The notes under the pieces: model-generated | What the model saw: the letters and a program-made list of their open reading frames with translations, nothing else | What the model was told of the DNA's origin: nothing | Database searches by the model: none | Position numbers and translations under genes: made by a program | Shown: positions 10,021 to 22,612 of the stretch, one piece after another | Position numbering within the stretch: position 1 is the stretch's first letter | Layout: the number at the start of each line of letters is the position of its first letter | Assembly (NCBI GenBank): GCA_002269645.1 | Contig: NIVC01001194.1 | Coordinates: 275,948 to 339,947, forward strand | DNA length: 64,000 nt | Reading direction: 5' to 3' | From: Macrostomum lignano | Lineage: Eukaryota

Positions 10021-13000
10021 TCAGAACAGGCCGCAGTCCTTCAAATTGTTCTTGATGATGATGTCAATCACCGCGTCGAACACCACCTTGATGTTGTTGG
10101 TGTCAGTGGCGCAGGTGAAGTGCGTGTAAATTGTCTTCGTGGCCTTGCGCTTGTTGAGATCTTCGAACTTCTGCCTGATGTACTGGCTGGCCTCGTCGTA
10201 GTTGTCGGAGCCCGAGTACTCCTCGAAGCAGACGGTGAGGGGGCTCTTCTTGATTTTCTCCTCAAACAGGTCGCGCTTGTTCAAAAATAAAATTATCGAC
10301 GTGTTGACGAACCACTGCGAGTTGCAGATGGACTCAAACAGACGCATGGACTCGTGCATTCGATTCGTGCTCTGATCTTCCACCAGTTTCAAATCGTACT
10401 CGGACATGGCCACGAGGAACAGGATGGCCGTGACGCCTTCAAAGCAGTGCATCCACTTCTTGCGCTCGGAGCGCTGACCGCCTGTTGTAATTGTATGTCA
10501 CACCTCATCGTTACGATAAAATGATTGAAATTTAATCAGTTTGCATCGTGGAAAAGATTTACATACAAAAAAACTGTGCAGTAGATAAGATTTCATTCAA
10601 CTCTTAGCCATAACTCCTCACTCTCTCCTAACCAGCCTAAGCTGGTTCATTGTGACCCGAATTGCATCGCTTGGAACATTTGAGACGCGGATCAGTGGTA
10701 CATTAACTCTATGTAAAAATTGCATCACGTGACTGCTTTACAACTTCTATTATATATGTAACATTCCCTATCTTTGCATTGGTGTAAATTTGTGCAATAA
10801 TGGCTTAACTGCATTATGCTATGAAGTGACGTTATCCAAAATTGATTTCATCTCTGAAATGAGGACTTCAATAAACTTCATAAGCCTACAATGACTCATA
10901 AAATTTCGTGCGGCTAATAAAATGATCACATATCCCATATCTTAAAAAAGTACTCGGCGATACTAATTTTTAGGGCGTCTATATTTAGGTATATTAAGAC
11001 CTTAGAGCTGCAATGCTTAGAGTCCCATGAGACCTTATATGCTGCTAACAAGCAGGTAGACAGCCCCCCCCATATGCCGGTGTCAGATCAGCTTTCTTAC
11101 AACCGCCATCGCTAATTAACTGAGTCAGAGAAAAATCAGCCTCATCAGGTTTGCTCATTAACGCGAGCGCGAACACCTGCTGCAGAGAATGACTTCCCGT
11201 CTCCTGCTCTCTTTTGTCACTCCGAGGGCATCCGCTATTTTTTAGTAGCAAACCTCCTTCATCTGCCGAGAAGCTGGACCGCTCTATAAAGCATCTCCGA
11301 TTTCATGTCAACAACAATTGCCAAGTCTGAGCCTTCTGGTTTTTTCTTTTTCACCTTTTATGGCCTTTACGAGCAACTCAACTTAGTGCAGGCTCAGCCT
11401 CCCAGATGACGCGCCCGAGCAAGAAAAGGCGCTCCATGGACAACTAGAGTAGAAGGACGTTACACTCGGCTTTCGTGGAAATCGGGCTGAAGGCCAAATT
11501 TTGTCCATGAGGCGCTCGTGCAGGGTGAGGCGCCTTTGCAGCGGAGTAGAGCCCACCAAATGCGCTGGCAATGGGACAGATATTGCGTTTCGTACCAGCC
11601 TCCAGATCATTTCTAGGAAAATCAGCTGTCCATGACCTTGGCGCCCACCCACGTGCGCTCTTCATCCTTCGTCAATAGTTGAATAATTAAGAGCAGCAAT
11701 TACTATATCTCAGCGGCTCTGGAACATGGTCATGTCTCAAGCCTCTCCAAGCCAATGTTCTACAGTCACCTCGAGCATAGCTAAAGAGAAAAAAATTGAC
11801 AGTGTAGCAGAAGTCACGCAATGCCGATCGCTTGAGCTGCGAGTTCCAGTCTTGCCTGGGATTGACAGCAAAAATCCCCAACCCCCCCCCCCCCGCCGCT
11901 CGACGGGAGATTAAATTTGTTCGACTGGCACGCACCGGAGATTCGGGTTGCCTCTTCTGCTCCTTTGAGGCATCGGGGCTAATTAAATTGCAGCGCTTTC
12001 TGCCCAAAATCCTCGACTCGGGACCTGCTAATTGCTAATCCACGCAGTCATTGAAAGCGATTTAATCCCCAGGACCTGCAGACTCCGTGCGAAGAAGATT
12101 TGAGCACCTGAACGGGACCCCAAGGTGGCCCCAGGTGAGACAGTCAGTCAGCATTCGTTGCAATGGCTCAGAGCTACCCTGTCACATCGTGGCTGCCTTG
12201 AGAAGGCCTCCTCTGCTGCTCAGGAGTCTGCGCTAGTTGTGTGACGATGTCCCCAAAGGCACTGCACCTGTCGGGTGCCCACAAGAATTTCATTCTATTT
12301 TTAGAAATTCACGTTTAGAAATCTTGAAAAAAACCTTTCAGACAATTTCAACCTCCTTCCGAATTGTCGCAACTGGGTGTGGTTAAAGAAACTCTAAGAT
12401 GGTGCTAAAATTTTTGCCATTTGATTGACTGCTCACTTATCGAGTGCTGCTAACAAGTGTTGCAGCACATCAATTGACACAGGAAAGCAGCACTTCTTCA
12501 AGCATAGAGTGTGCTCTCCATGGCATCGGGCAGGTGCGAACCCTGTGGGACTCATCTGTGATCCTTCTTCACCGTGATGGGTGTCTGTTTCCGGCAATGA
12601 TCCGAGAGGAGCCTGCAGGTAAAGAATTTGATACGCCAGAAGGGAGATGAATGATCGTGATGATGATGATGATGGCTGGAGATGGGAGACAGACTCCCGG
12701 TCCCCGGATCTTGCCGAGGGTTGTTTTTCTAGGAAAGGGAGAGAGTTGGGAAAAGGGATAGGCAGATCTCCCAGTCCGGGGCTGTTCACGAAAAGCAAAC
12801 ACAAGGACAGGCCATCGGGCATCAACCCCCACCCAGCTAGCTGTCGGAGTTCATGCGATGTCGACATTCACGATTTAGATCAATCTGTAGATGATGAGAT
12901 GACAGAATTAGAGGCTGCAGAAAATGTTTCATTTTTCCCCGACAATTCAGGAAATTTTATACTCCTGTCGCCTGAGATTGCGGTGTGCGATTACAGGAAT

Positions 13001-16000
13001 GCAGAAATATAGAGTACTCTGTGGACTTTGCTCACGTTCTTGTTCGCATCGATTCTTAGAAAATTAGCACTTAATTGTCATGAGACTCGCTGGCGTGAGA
13101 ATCGGTGCATGCATGAGAATCGGTATGTGGCATGAGAATCGGTTCGTGGCATGAGAATCGGTGGCATGAGAATCGGAGGCATGAGAATCGGTGATTGCAT
13201 GAGAGTCGGTGATTGCATGAGAATCGGTGATTGCATGAGAATCGGTGATTGCATGAGAATCGGTGATTGCATGAGAATCGGTGATTGCATGAGAATCGGA
13301 GGCATGAGAATCGGTGATTGCATGATAATCGGAGGCATGAGAATCGGTGATTGCATGAGAATCGGTGATTGCATGAGAATCGGTGGCATGAGAATCGGTG
13401 GCATGAGAATCGGTGGCATGAGAATCGGTGCATGCAGAGAATCGGAGGCATGAGAATCGGTGCATGCATGAGAATCGGTGCATGCATGAGAATCGGTGCA
13501 TGCATGAGAATCGGTGGCATGAGAATCGGTGGCATGAGAATCGGTGGCATGAGATGGCATGAGAATCGGTGATTGCATGAGAATCGGTGGCATGAGAATC
13601 GGTGGCATGAGATGACATGAGAATCGGTGATTGCATGAGAATCGGTGATTGCATGAGAATCGGTGGCATGAGAATCGGTGGCATGAGAATCGGTGGCATG
13701 AGAATCGGTGGCATGAGAATCGGTGGCATGAGAATCGGTGCATGCATGAGAATCGGTGGCATGAGAATCGGTGGCATGAGAATCGGTGCATGCATGAGAA
13801 TCGGTGGCATGAGAATCGGTGGCATGAGAATCGGTGATTGCATGAGAATCGGTGGCATGAGATGGCATGAGAATCGGTGATTGCATGAGAATCGGTGGCA
13901 TGAGAATCGGTGGCATGAGATGACATGAGAATCGGTGATTGCATGAGAATCGGTGATTGCATGAGAATCGGTGGCATGAGAATCGGTGGCATGAGAATCG
14001 GTGGCATGAGAATCGGTGGCATGAGAATCGGTGGCATGAGAATCGGTGCATGCATGAGAATCGGTGGCATGAGAATCGGTGGCATGAGAATCGGTGCATG
14101 CATGAGAATCGGTGGCATGAGAATCGGTGGCATGAGAATCGGTGCATGCATGAGAATCGGAGGCATGAGAATCGGTGGCATGAGAATCGGTGGCATGAGA
14201 ATCGGTGGCATGAGAATCGGTGCATGCATGAGAATCGGTGGCATGAGAATCGGTGGCATGAGAATCGGTGCATGCATGAGAATCGGTGGCATGAGAATCG
14301 GTGGCATGAGAATCGGTGCATGCATGAGAATCGGAGGCATGAGAATCGGAGGCATGAGAATCGGAGGCATGAGAATCGGAGGCATGAGAATCGGAGGCAT
14401 GAGAATCGGAGGCATGAGAATCGGAGGCATGAGAATCGGTGCATGCAGAGAATCGGAGGCATGAGAATCGGTGCATGCATGAGAATCGGTGCATGCATGA
14501 GAATCGGTGCATGCATGAGAATCGGTGGCATGAGAATCGGTGGCATGAGATGGCATGAGAATCGGTGATTGCATGAGAATCGGTGGCATGAGAATCGGTG
14601 GCATGAGATGGCATGAGAATCGGTGATTGCATGAGAATCGGTGGCATGAGAATCGGTGGCATGAGATGACATGAGAATCGGTGCATGCAGAGAATCGGAG
14701 GCATGAGAATCGGTGCATGCATGAGAATCGGTGCATGCATGAGAATCGGTGCATGCATGAGAATCGGTGGCATGAGAATCGGTGGCATGAGAATCGGTGG
14801 CATGAGAATCGGTGGCATGAGATGGCATGAGAATCGGTGATTGCATGAGAATCGGTGGCATGAGAATCGGTGGCATGAGAATCGGTGCATGCATGAGAAT
14901 CGGTGGCATGAGAATCGGTGGCATGAGAATCGGTGGCATGAGAATCGGTGGCATGAGAATCGGTGGCATGAGAATCGGTGGCATGAGAATCGGAGGCATG
15001 AGAATCGGAGGCATGAGAATCGGAGGCATGAGAATCGGTGGCATGAGAATCGGAGGCATGAGAATCGGTGGCATGAGAATCGGTGGCATGAGAATGGAAT
15101 TTAAAGGAAATATTCAGTTGTTGCTGGCAACATTCCCAAAACTGTAACAATAAAAATGATGCATATTTCTAACTGAAATTTTTAATTACCAAATTAATCA
15201 ATCGAATTAGTATTCAATTACAGATCTTTTAACACAGACGGAACCAAAAAGTGTCATTGTCGGATAGAAGTACTCCTAATCAAATTTCTTTTCCCAGCGT
15301 TGGTTTGGAATTCACAGTGCAATTTTGCATAGAATATGGGAGACAAACGATCGGCCATGGCAACTCTATTGACACTGAGCAGCTTCTCCTCATGCCCTGT
15401 TGCCATGCAATGCACATCTGCATCAACCGTATTTGCACACTCATCCATTTGTGCACTCTTGACACGAAGGCGCCACTGCATGCCTGTTTTCACCGAGATT
15501 ATTTGCTTATTTGTAAAGCTTGCAGATTCGGACATCCTGATTTGGGAGATTCTGACATCCTGATTTGGGAGATTCTGACATCCTGATTTGGGAGATTCTG
15601 ACATCCTGATTTACAGGATTCTGACATCCTGATTTATAAAATTCTGACATCCTGATTTGGGAGCTTCTGACATCCTGATTTTTTGAGATTCTGACATCCT
15701 GGTTTTTTGAGAGTCTGACATCCTGATTTTTTGGAGATTCTGACATCCTGATTTGAGAGATTCTGACATTCCGATTTTGGAGATTCTGACATCCTGATTT
15801 AGGAGATTCTGACATCCTGATTTTGGATATTCTGACATCCTGATTTGGGAGATTCTGACATCCTGATTTTGGAGATTCTGACATCCTGATTTAGGAGATT
15901 CTGACATCCTGATTTTGGAGATTCTGACATCCAGATTTTTGAGATTCTGACATCCAGATTTTTGAGATTCTGACATCCTGATTTAGGAGATTCTGACATT

Positions 16001-17058
16001 CTGATTTTGGATATTCTGATATCCTGATTTAGGAGATTCTGACATCCTGATTTAGGAGATTCTGACATCCTGATTTGGGAGATTCTGATATCCTGATTTT
16101 GGATATTCTGACATCCTGATTTAGGAGATTCTGACATCCTGATTTTGGAGATTCTGACATCCTGATTTAGGAGATTCTGACATCCTGATTTAGGAGATTC
16201 TGACATCCTGATTTTTGGAAATTCTGACATCCTGATTTAGGAGATTCTGACATCCTGATTTTAGGAGATTCTGACATCCTGATTTGGGAGATTCTGAAAT
16301 CTTGATTTGGGAGATTCTGTGATACATTTTGTTTCTCCAATTGCCATCCTCAATAATCCAAAGCACCCTAGCTGACATCCCCAGCTGGCACCTGCGGACA
16401 TTCAGACAGATGCCGATATGAGAATAATTTATAATTTCGTCAATTTTCACTCACCAACGTCAAACACTTTGAAGTCGAGATCCTTAAAGTGGAAATGCGT
16501 CTCCACGATGCCGGTGGTCTTCACTCGGCTGCGCAGGACGTCTTGCTCGGTCGGCAGGTAACCCGGGGTGGACAGCCGGTCCAAGGAGTCCAGGTAATAA
16601 CCGGCCGAGTCATTCAGCTGGTATTCCTTGGCCCGGGCGAAGCAGTCCTTGATAGCCTGGTCGGCCCACAGACGCTTCAGCGAGTCCACCAGCTCATCGG
16701 GGAACTCGCCCTCCTCGGCTGTCTTCATGTAGCCGCTCACGATCTTGGCATCGGCCTTGGCCTGATCGCCAGCCTCGATGCCGAGGGTCTCCAGAGCCTG
16801 GATAATGGTGTACATGCTCTGCACTGTGTTGGCGAAGATGATCGCCACGTACTCCTTGCGCTCCTCTTCCGTGTAGCCTTTGCCGTGAATGATGGTCATC
16901 TGCTTCAGGATTGTACTTTTGCCGCACTCGCCAGCTCCGAGCAGAAGCAGCTTCACCTCCTTCATCGCCTTCTCGGCGTCCGCTCTGAGCTGCTTCTCAA
17001 TCTGACGGTTCTTACTGTCCTGATCCTTGTCCACAGGGGCACTGTTGGCGCAACCCAT
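10021..17058 (-). CDS. GNAI: Heterotrimeric G-protein alpha subunit, Gi class (354 aa); coding exons 17058-16455 and 10481-10021
   Basis: 604+461 nt = 355 codons. G|gtgagt ... acaacag|GC joins [12 protein letters not shown]. Motifs: MGC N-terminus, [38 protein letters not shown], and C-terminal [10 protein letters not shown] typical of Gi. Confidence 0.95.
13085..15095. repeat. ~2-kb minisatellite, 15-bp core GCATGAGAATCGGTG with 9- and 19-bp variant units
   Basis: Direct reading; inside the G-alpha intron; source of the 600-690-aa ORFs. Confidence 0.97.
15525..16320. repeat. ~23-bp minisatellite (GGAGATTCTGACATCCTGATTT)
   Basis: Direct reading; inside the G-alpha intron. Confidence 0.95.
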
Positions 17059-18667
17059 GACGTGATTTTGAGTCTTTGTTCAGCTTTGGCTAACCGTGGG
17101 ACGTCTTTTCCTTCTGCCTCGTGGGAGCGACGCAGCGGGGATTAAAGCTGGATCCAGGTGGGTGGGTGGTTGTTTGTCGCGGGAATCGCGAGTCAGCTCG
17201 GGGGTTGGCAGAAATAGAAGTTTTCACGTAGTCCCTCCTCAATTTACATAGCAGAAGCTCTGCCCACCTGCCCACCACCCCGGGATTCGCTACAGCATCC
17301 CGTATCCACCTGCCGTCAAACCCGTCTCCCTTCCTATCCAGCGGCCCAAGGCCCAGGATCACCCAGACTCTCATCCTCTGTCTTCCCCGTCCATCCCCAT
17401 CCAGCCTCACAGCGAGCTCATCACGCAGTCCAGCCCAGGACAGACTCGATGCTCGCCGGGCGCTCATTGGACTCAGGCTTGGAGGCGCTGAGGATGCTAA
17501 GAGGAAGTGAAGACAGTCAGGTAGCAGAACTCTCCTGCTCGCTGCTGGAGCTGCAGGTAGCGGAGATGCACGGGGTTGGAGGGGGAGGCAAGACTGCATG
17601 CAGCAACGGCAGGATTCCGGCAAGGAAGAAGGAATGAGAGAGCTGAGAGAGCGCGTGCTCAAGTCACGTCTCGCGCATTCAAATCAAAAAGGTCATCACC
17701 GATAGCTCTGGCCTCTTCGTTCCGGATCTTCGTTGCTTTTCCAGCGCCCTTAGGACAATTTTGTGACATTGTTAACTGTTGAGTCCCAACCCCCCTTGCA
17801 GTCCCGCCCCTCCACCCAAGTCAATCAGCTTCCTTCTCAATATTGCATTCCCCATTCCTGCCTGGCTAAAACATTCCCCTCAATCGGTGCGATGGCCAGA
17901 GCCCCTTCCACACTCGATTGTTCGTCAGCTGCTTCGACCACGCTTTGACTCTTGACGACAGGGTGGAGCTGGGACGAGATTCGTTGAGAATAATATGTAG
18001 TGAGACGAGGGACTCACTAGTCTGAGCTACAGGGGGAGGGGGGTTCTGAGGGAGGGTGGGCGCGGCGCCGGTTGTCATGGCGACCAGATCCTCAACAGGG
18101 GTAAATAGGGCGATCACGGGCTAGAAGAGATGGGAGAGAGAGGGGGGAGGCGAGGCCCGGGGCGGGTACGAAGTGAGTTTAAAGACTCAGAGAGCGGAGA
18201 GCAAACGCTGAGGCGGGTGCAGGTGAGGGGTGTGGGAACCAGTCAGGCCGCAGAATCTCCTGGATCAGGTGAACGGTGAGGCAGAAAGGCGCAGCCGAGC
18301 CAAAAAAGGGCGGGCGGGGCGCCGAGGCGGAGCTGAAGATGGACTCAAAGCGGGGCAGGGATGGGGGGGGGGCAGTTCGGAGACTGCGCGAGTTGCTCGG
18401 CTTCCCCAATCTGCAACTCAGCAGCCAACTCAGCTTCATCAGCCGTTCAATCTCCGGCAAGCATCTATAGCTCCAAGCAAATTCCTCTTGTCCGACTCGG
18501 TATTAATAATAAATATAAATTCACACAAAATCTTCAAGTCTCCAAGCAGATTTTGCATGTCGCTTAGGCTTATCGCGATTCTTTAGCATAGCCTTCTTTA
18601 TCGGTAGACCCGTAGAGCAACCCGCCAGGCATTGGCGAGATCGGAAGTCTTCAGTTTTTAGCACTAG

Positions 18668-18850
18668 AGGGGTTGTAGCCTAGTGGTTAGAGCGTCGGAC
18701 ATACTTACGACTTGAAGGTCGGAGGCTCGATTCTCGACCCACTGATCGGAACTATTTGTGTCCTTTGAGCAAGACACTTGACTGTACATTACTACAGTTT
18801 ACTCGGTTGTAAAATGGGTGCCAGCATCAGCTGGGGTAATTGAGGGGTAA
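18668..18850 (+). mobile_element. tRNA-derived SINE with CORE-like central domain
   Basis: A box TAGCCTAGTGG (18676-18686) and B-box-like GGCTCGATTC (~18724). These are followed by GTGTCCTTTGAGCAAGACACTTGAC...GTTGTAAAATGGG, which resembles the CORE/MIR consensus GTGACCTTGGGCAAGTYACTTAAC...CTGTAAAATGGG. The 3' end is uncertain. Confidence 0.7.
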
Positions 18851-19109
18851 CTCAGTCCTTGGACTGAACAGCCGTACGCAGCCTTCAGATGCGCCGCGCA
18901 ATAGCGGCGGCTGAGCTGTCGGTTGCACATCTGGCCCATTGGCTCAACTAAATTGAACTCTGAGTCAACTAAAATCAAATTTCTGGCTGCGGGACGATCT
19001 ACACAGTGTACCTACTATTAAGATACACTCTTAGTTTAGACACAGTTCGCTCGATGTTATGACCTGAATTGAGTCAGAATGCACATATGCGCTGAATGTT
19101 TATGCAGTT

Positions 19110-20860
19110 TCATTCCACACCAAAAACATCGAAAAACATCGACCAAACCCCGTAGAACGCACAGATAAGCGCGAACTCCAGCTGCTGCCTGGTGGCGATG
19201 GCAGGTGCGGAGTGGCAGTTGGAAAACATGCAGTTTATTGAGAGCCTACTTGGACTGGGGCCTAGCGACCTGTGAGGACACAATTGAACTGACACTACTG
19301 AGCTGACACAATTGAACTGACACTATTGAACTGATACTACTATCAACTGACACTATTGAACTGATACTACTATCAACTGACACTATTGAACTGATACTAC
19401 TATCAACTGACACTATTGAACTGATACTATTTGACTGACACTAATGAACTGACACTATTTGACTGACTATTCGACTGACACTGTTTGACTGACACTGTTT
19501 GACTGACACTGTTTGACTGACACAATTGAACTGACACTATTTGACTGACACTATTTGACTGACACTATTCGACTGACACTATTGAACTGACACTAATAAA
19601 CTGTCACTATTGACTGACACTATTTGACTGACACAATTGAACTGACACTATTTGACTGACACTAATGAATAAAAACTATTTGACTGACACTAATGAACTG
19701 TCACTATTGACTGACACTATTCGACTGACACAATTGAACTGACACTATTTGACTGACACTATTTGACTGACACTATTCGACTGACACTATTGAACTGACA
19801 CTAATAAACTGTCACTATTGACTGACACTATTTGACTGACACAATTGAACTGACACTATTTGACTGACACTAATGAATAAAAACTATTTGACTGACACTA
19901 ATGAACTGTCACTATTGACTGACACTATTCGACTGACACAATTAAACTGACACTATTTGACTGACACTAATGAATAAAAACTATTTGACTGACACTAATG
20001 AACTGTCACTATTGACTGACACTATTCGACTGACACAATTGAACTGACACTATTTGACTGACACTAATGAATAAAAACTATTTGACTGACACTAATGAAC
20101 TGTCACTATTGACTGACACTATTCGACTGACACAATTGAACTGACACTATTTGACTGACACTAATGAATAAAAACTATTTGACTGACACTAATGAACTGT
20201 CACTATTGACTGACACTATTCGACTGACACTATTGAACTGACACTATTTGACTGACACTATTTGACTGACACTATTCGACTGACACTATTGAACTGACAC
20301 TAATAAACTGTCACTATTGACTGACACTATTTGACTGACACAATTGAACTGACACTATTTGACTGACACTAATGAACTGTCACTATTGACTGACACTATT
20401 CGACTGACACTATTGAACTGACACTATTTGACTGACACTATTCGACTGACACTATTGAACTGACACTAATAAACTGTCACTATTGACTGACACTATTTGA
20501 CTGACACAATTGAACTGACACTATTTGACTGACACTAATGAATAAAAACTATTTGACTGACACTAATGAACTGTCACTATTGACTGACACTATTCGACTG
20601 ACACTATTGAACTGACACTATTTGACTGACACTATTTGACTGACACTATTCGACTGACACTATTGAACTGACACTATTTGACTGACACTATTTGACTGAC
20701 ACTATTCGACTGACACTATTGAACTGACACTATTTGACTGACACTATTTAGATGTCCCAAATGTCTACAGTGAATTTAACAATGCACCAGTGCATAGATA
20801 CTTTCGCTCGCCTTCACTCTGATGTGCCTCAGTCAGTGCTGCATGAATTTCAATTTGCAT
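19110..20860 (-). CDS. Candidate small spliced ORF (83 aa, hydrophobic C-terminus); exons 20860-20769 and 19269-19110
   Basis: Acceptor gtcctcacag| and a weak donor CT|gtagac tightly bracket a 1.46-kb minisatellite and are phase-compatible. No homology recognised; could be UTR. Confidence 0.25.
19290..20750. repeat. ~14-bp minisatellite (ACTGACACTATTTG) with higher-order variant blocks
   Basis: Direct reading. Confidence 0.95.
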
Positions 20861-21562
20861 TGTTGCCTTAAATAACTAATAATGACGAACAGAAAAGGCA
20901 AACAAATGAATAAAAGCAGACTATTTTCGGATTTCCAGTTCATTCCAGTCGAAAACTGCTTTAGGCTGATTTCTATGCAGAAGTCGGTGTCGCAGACTGC
21001 TTTAATTCTGAACAAAGCAAGGCAGGTGCAAAAATTCCCAAAATTCACCAAATAATTAGACAGGGGTTTGCGGGCATGACTTCTATCGATCCTAACACGT
21101 TGAAGTCCCCTGGAAACCGTGGAAACAATCGATAAAGTAGGGCAAGTCCCGTGCCGCACCATATTCACCTTTTCCTCGAAAAAAATCGATAAAAAACCTC
21201 ACTTGCCATGTCGAGGCCACGTCTGATTGACAAATTACAAACTATAGAATCACCAGTAAATATTTATGTACGCGTAGCAGACCACGCTGTTTGTCTACAC
21301 TACATTTATAAGTGTATTTTATACATGTCGATGAGAGTTGCCAAAGGGTATCAAAAAAGCAAACAGAAGAGCATGCAGGAAGTGAATTGGCGGACAAATC
21401 AAGAAGCAATTCAGACAGAAAATTAACTTGGTTTCAAATTTAAGGAAAGACGGTTATTAATGAATATAACTCCTACAGCTGGAGTTTACGTAGGTCGCAT
21501 GACGATCATCAAGGACGCGGAATTATCAGGCGAAAGAACAAATCAGCTTGATAACCCGACCG

Positions 21563-22027
21563 TTAACCCCTCAATGTGCACTTTGACAACCCCGACCACT
21601 CTCGTCCCCGCCAACCCCTCAATGTACACTTTGACAACCCCGACCACCCTCGTCCCCGCCAACCCCTCAATGTACACTTTAACAACCCCAACCACCCTCG
21701 TCCCCGCCAACCCCTCAATGTACACTTTAACAACCCCAACCACCCTCGTCTCCGCCAACCCCTCAATGTACACTTTGACAACCCCGACCACTCTCGTCCC
21801 CGCCAACCCCTCAATGTACACTTTAACAACCCCAACCACCCTCGTCCCCGCCAACCCCTCAATGTACACTTTAACAACCCCAACCACCCTCGTCCCCGCC
21901 AACCCCTCAATGTACACTTTAACAACCCCAACCACCCTCGTCCCCGCCAACCCCTCAATGTACACTTTAACAACCCCAACCACCCTCGTCCCCGCCAACC
22001 CCTAAACGTACACTTTGACAACCCCGA
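21563..22027. repeat. 48-bp tandem repeat, ~9-10 copies
   Basis: 16-aa periodicity in all ORF frames (e.g. SMYTLTTPTTLVPANP). Confidence 0.95.
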
Positions 22028-22612
22028 CGTAATATACAAAACTGAAATAAAATGCATAAATATTTGAATTAAACAGCAAAACAAAAAGCGCTACAAGTTT
22101 AAATAGCAACTTGGGTTGCCACGCAAAATACAGGCTCAAACGCTTTGCTAATTCAAACAAACTATGAAGAACAGTAAAATGCAAAGCAGGATAAGCATAT
22201 ATGATTATAATTAGACAATATAGGCTATAACAGGAATTCTAAACTGCTTTTAGCAAGTATGCAAGTACCGACAAGCGATATACAGTCAGAATTGCCTGTG
22301 ACTGCAACTTGATGCTCAAGAATGAATCACAGGATATTCTTCGCTCTATCTAAACAGTTTTAAACAGAAAATAACAGAGAAAACATTTGATTAATAAATT
22401 CCAAAATTAAATAGTACTACTTATACTAGTAGCACAATTTAACATTAGGCGGCATTTCTGTTCTTTTAGGAAGCAAAAATCATTGGCAAAATTAGGAATT
22501 TACTATTAAGCACGACTCATATACAAAAGGATAGCCGACAAGTTTCGTTTCTTAGAATAGTTTTGAAGGCCGGTCGTTAGCGCAAAAAATACACTACAGT
22601 TACATCGCGCAG

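Noticed and set aside
13064-15150. 608-690-aa ORFs (MPPIL/HRFSC/ATDSH repeats)
   Set aside because: They are translations of a stop-free minisatellite inside the G-alpha intron and are open in several frames.
18668-18745. tRNA gene
   Set aside because: A and B boxes are present, but I could not form an acceptor stem or anticodon arm, and a CORE-like body follows; treated as a SINE head.
21460-22084. Mucin-like Thr/Pro repeat protein
   Set aside because: The 48-bp unit is open in multiple frames on both strands, with no signal peptide or supporting splice structure.
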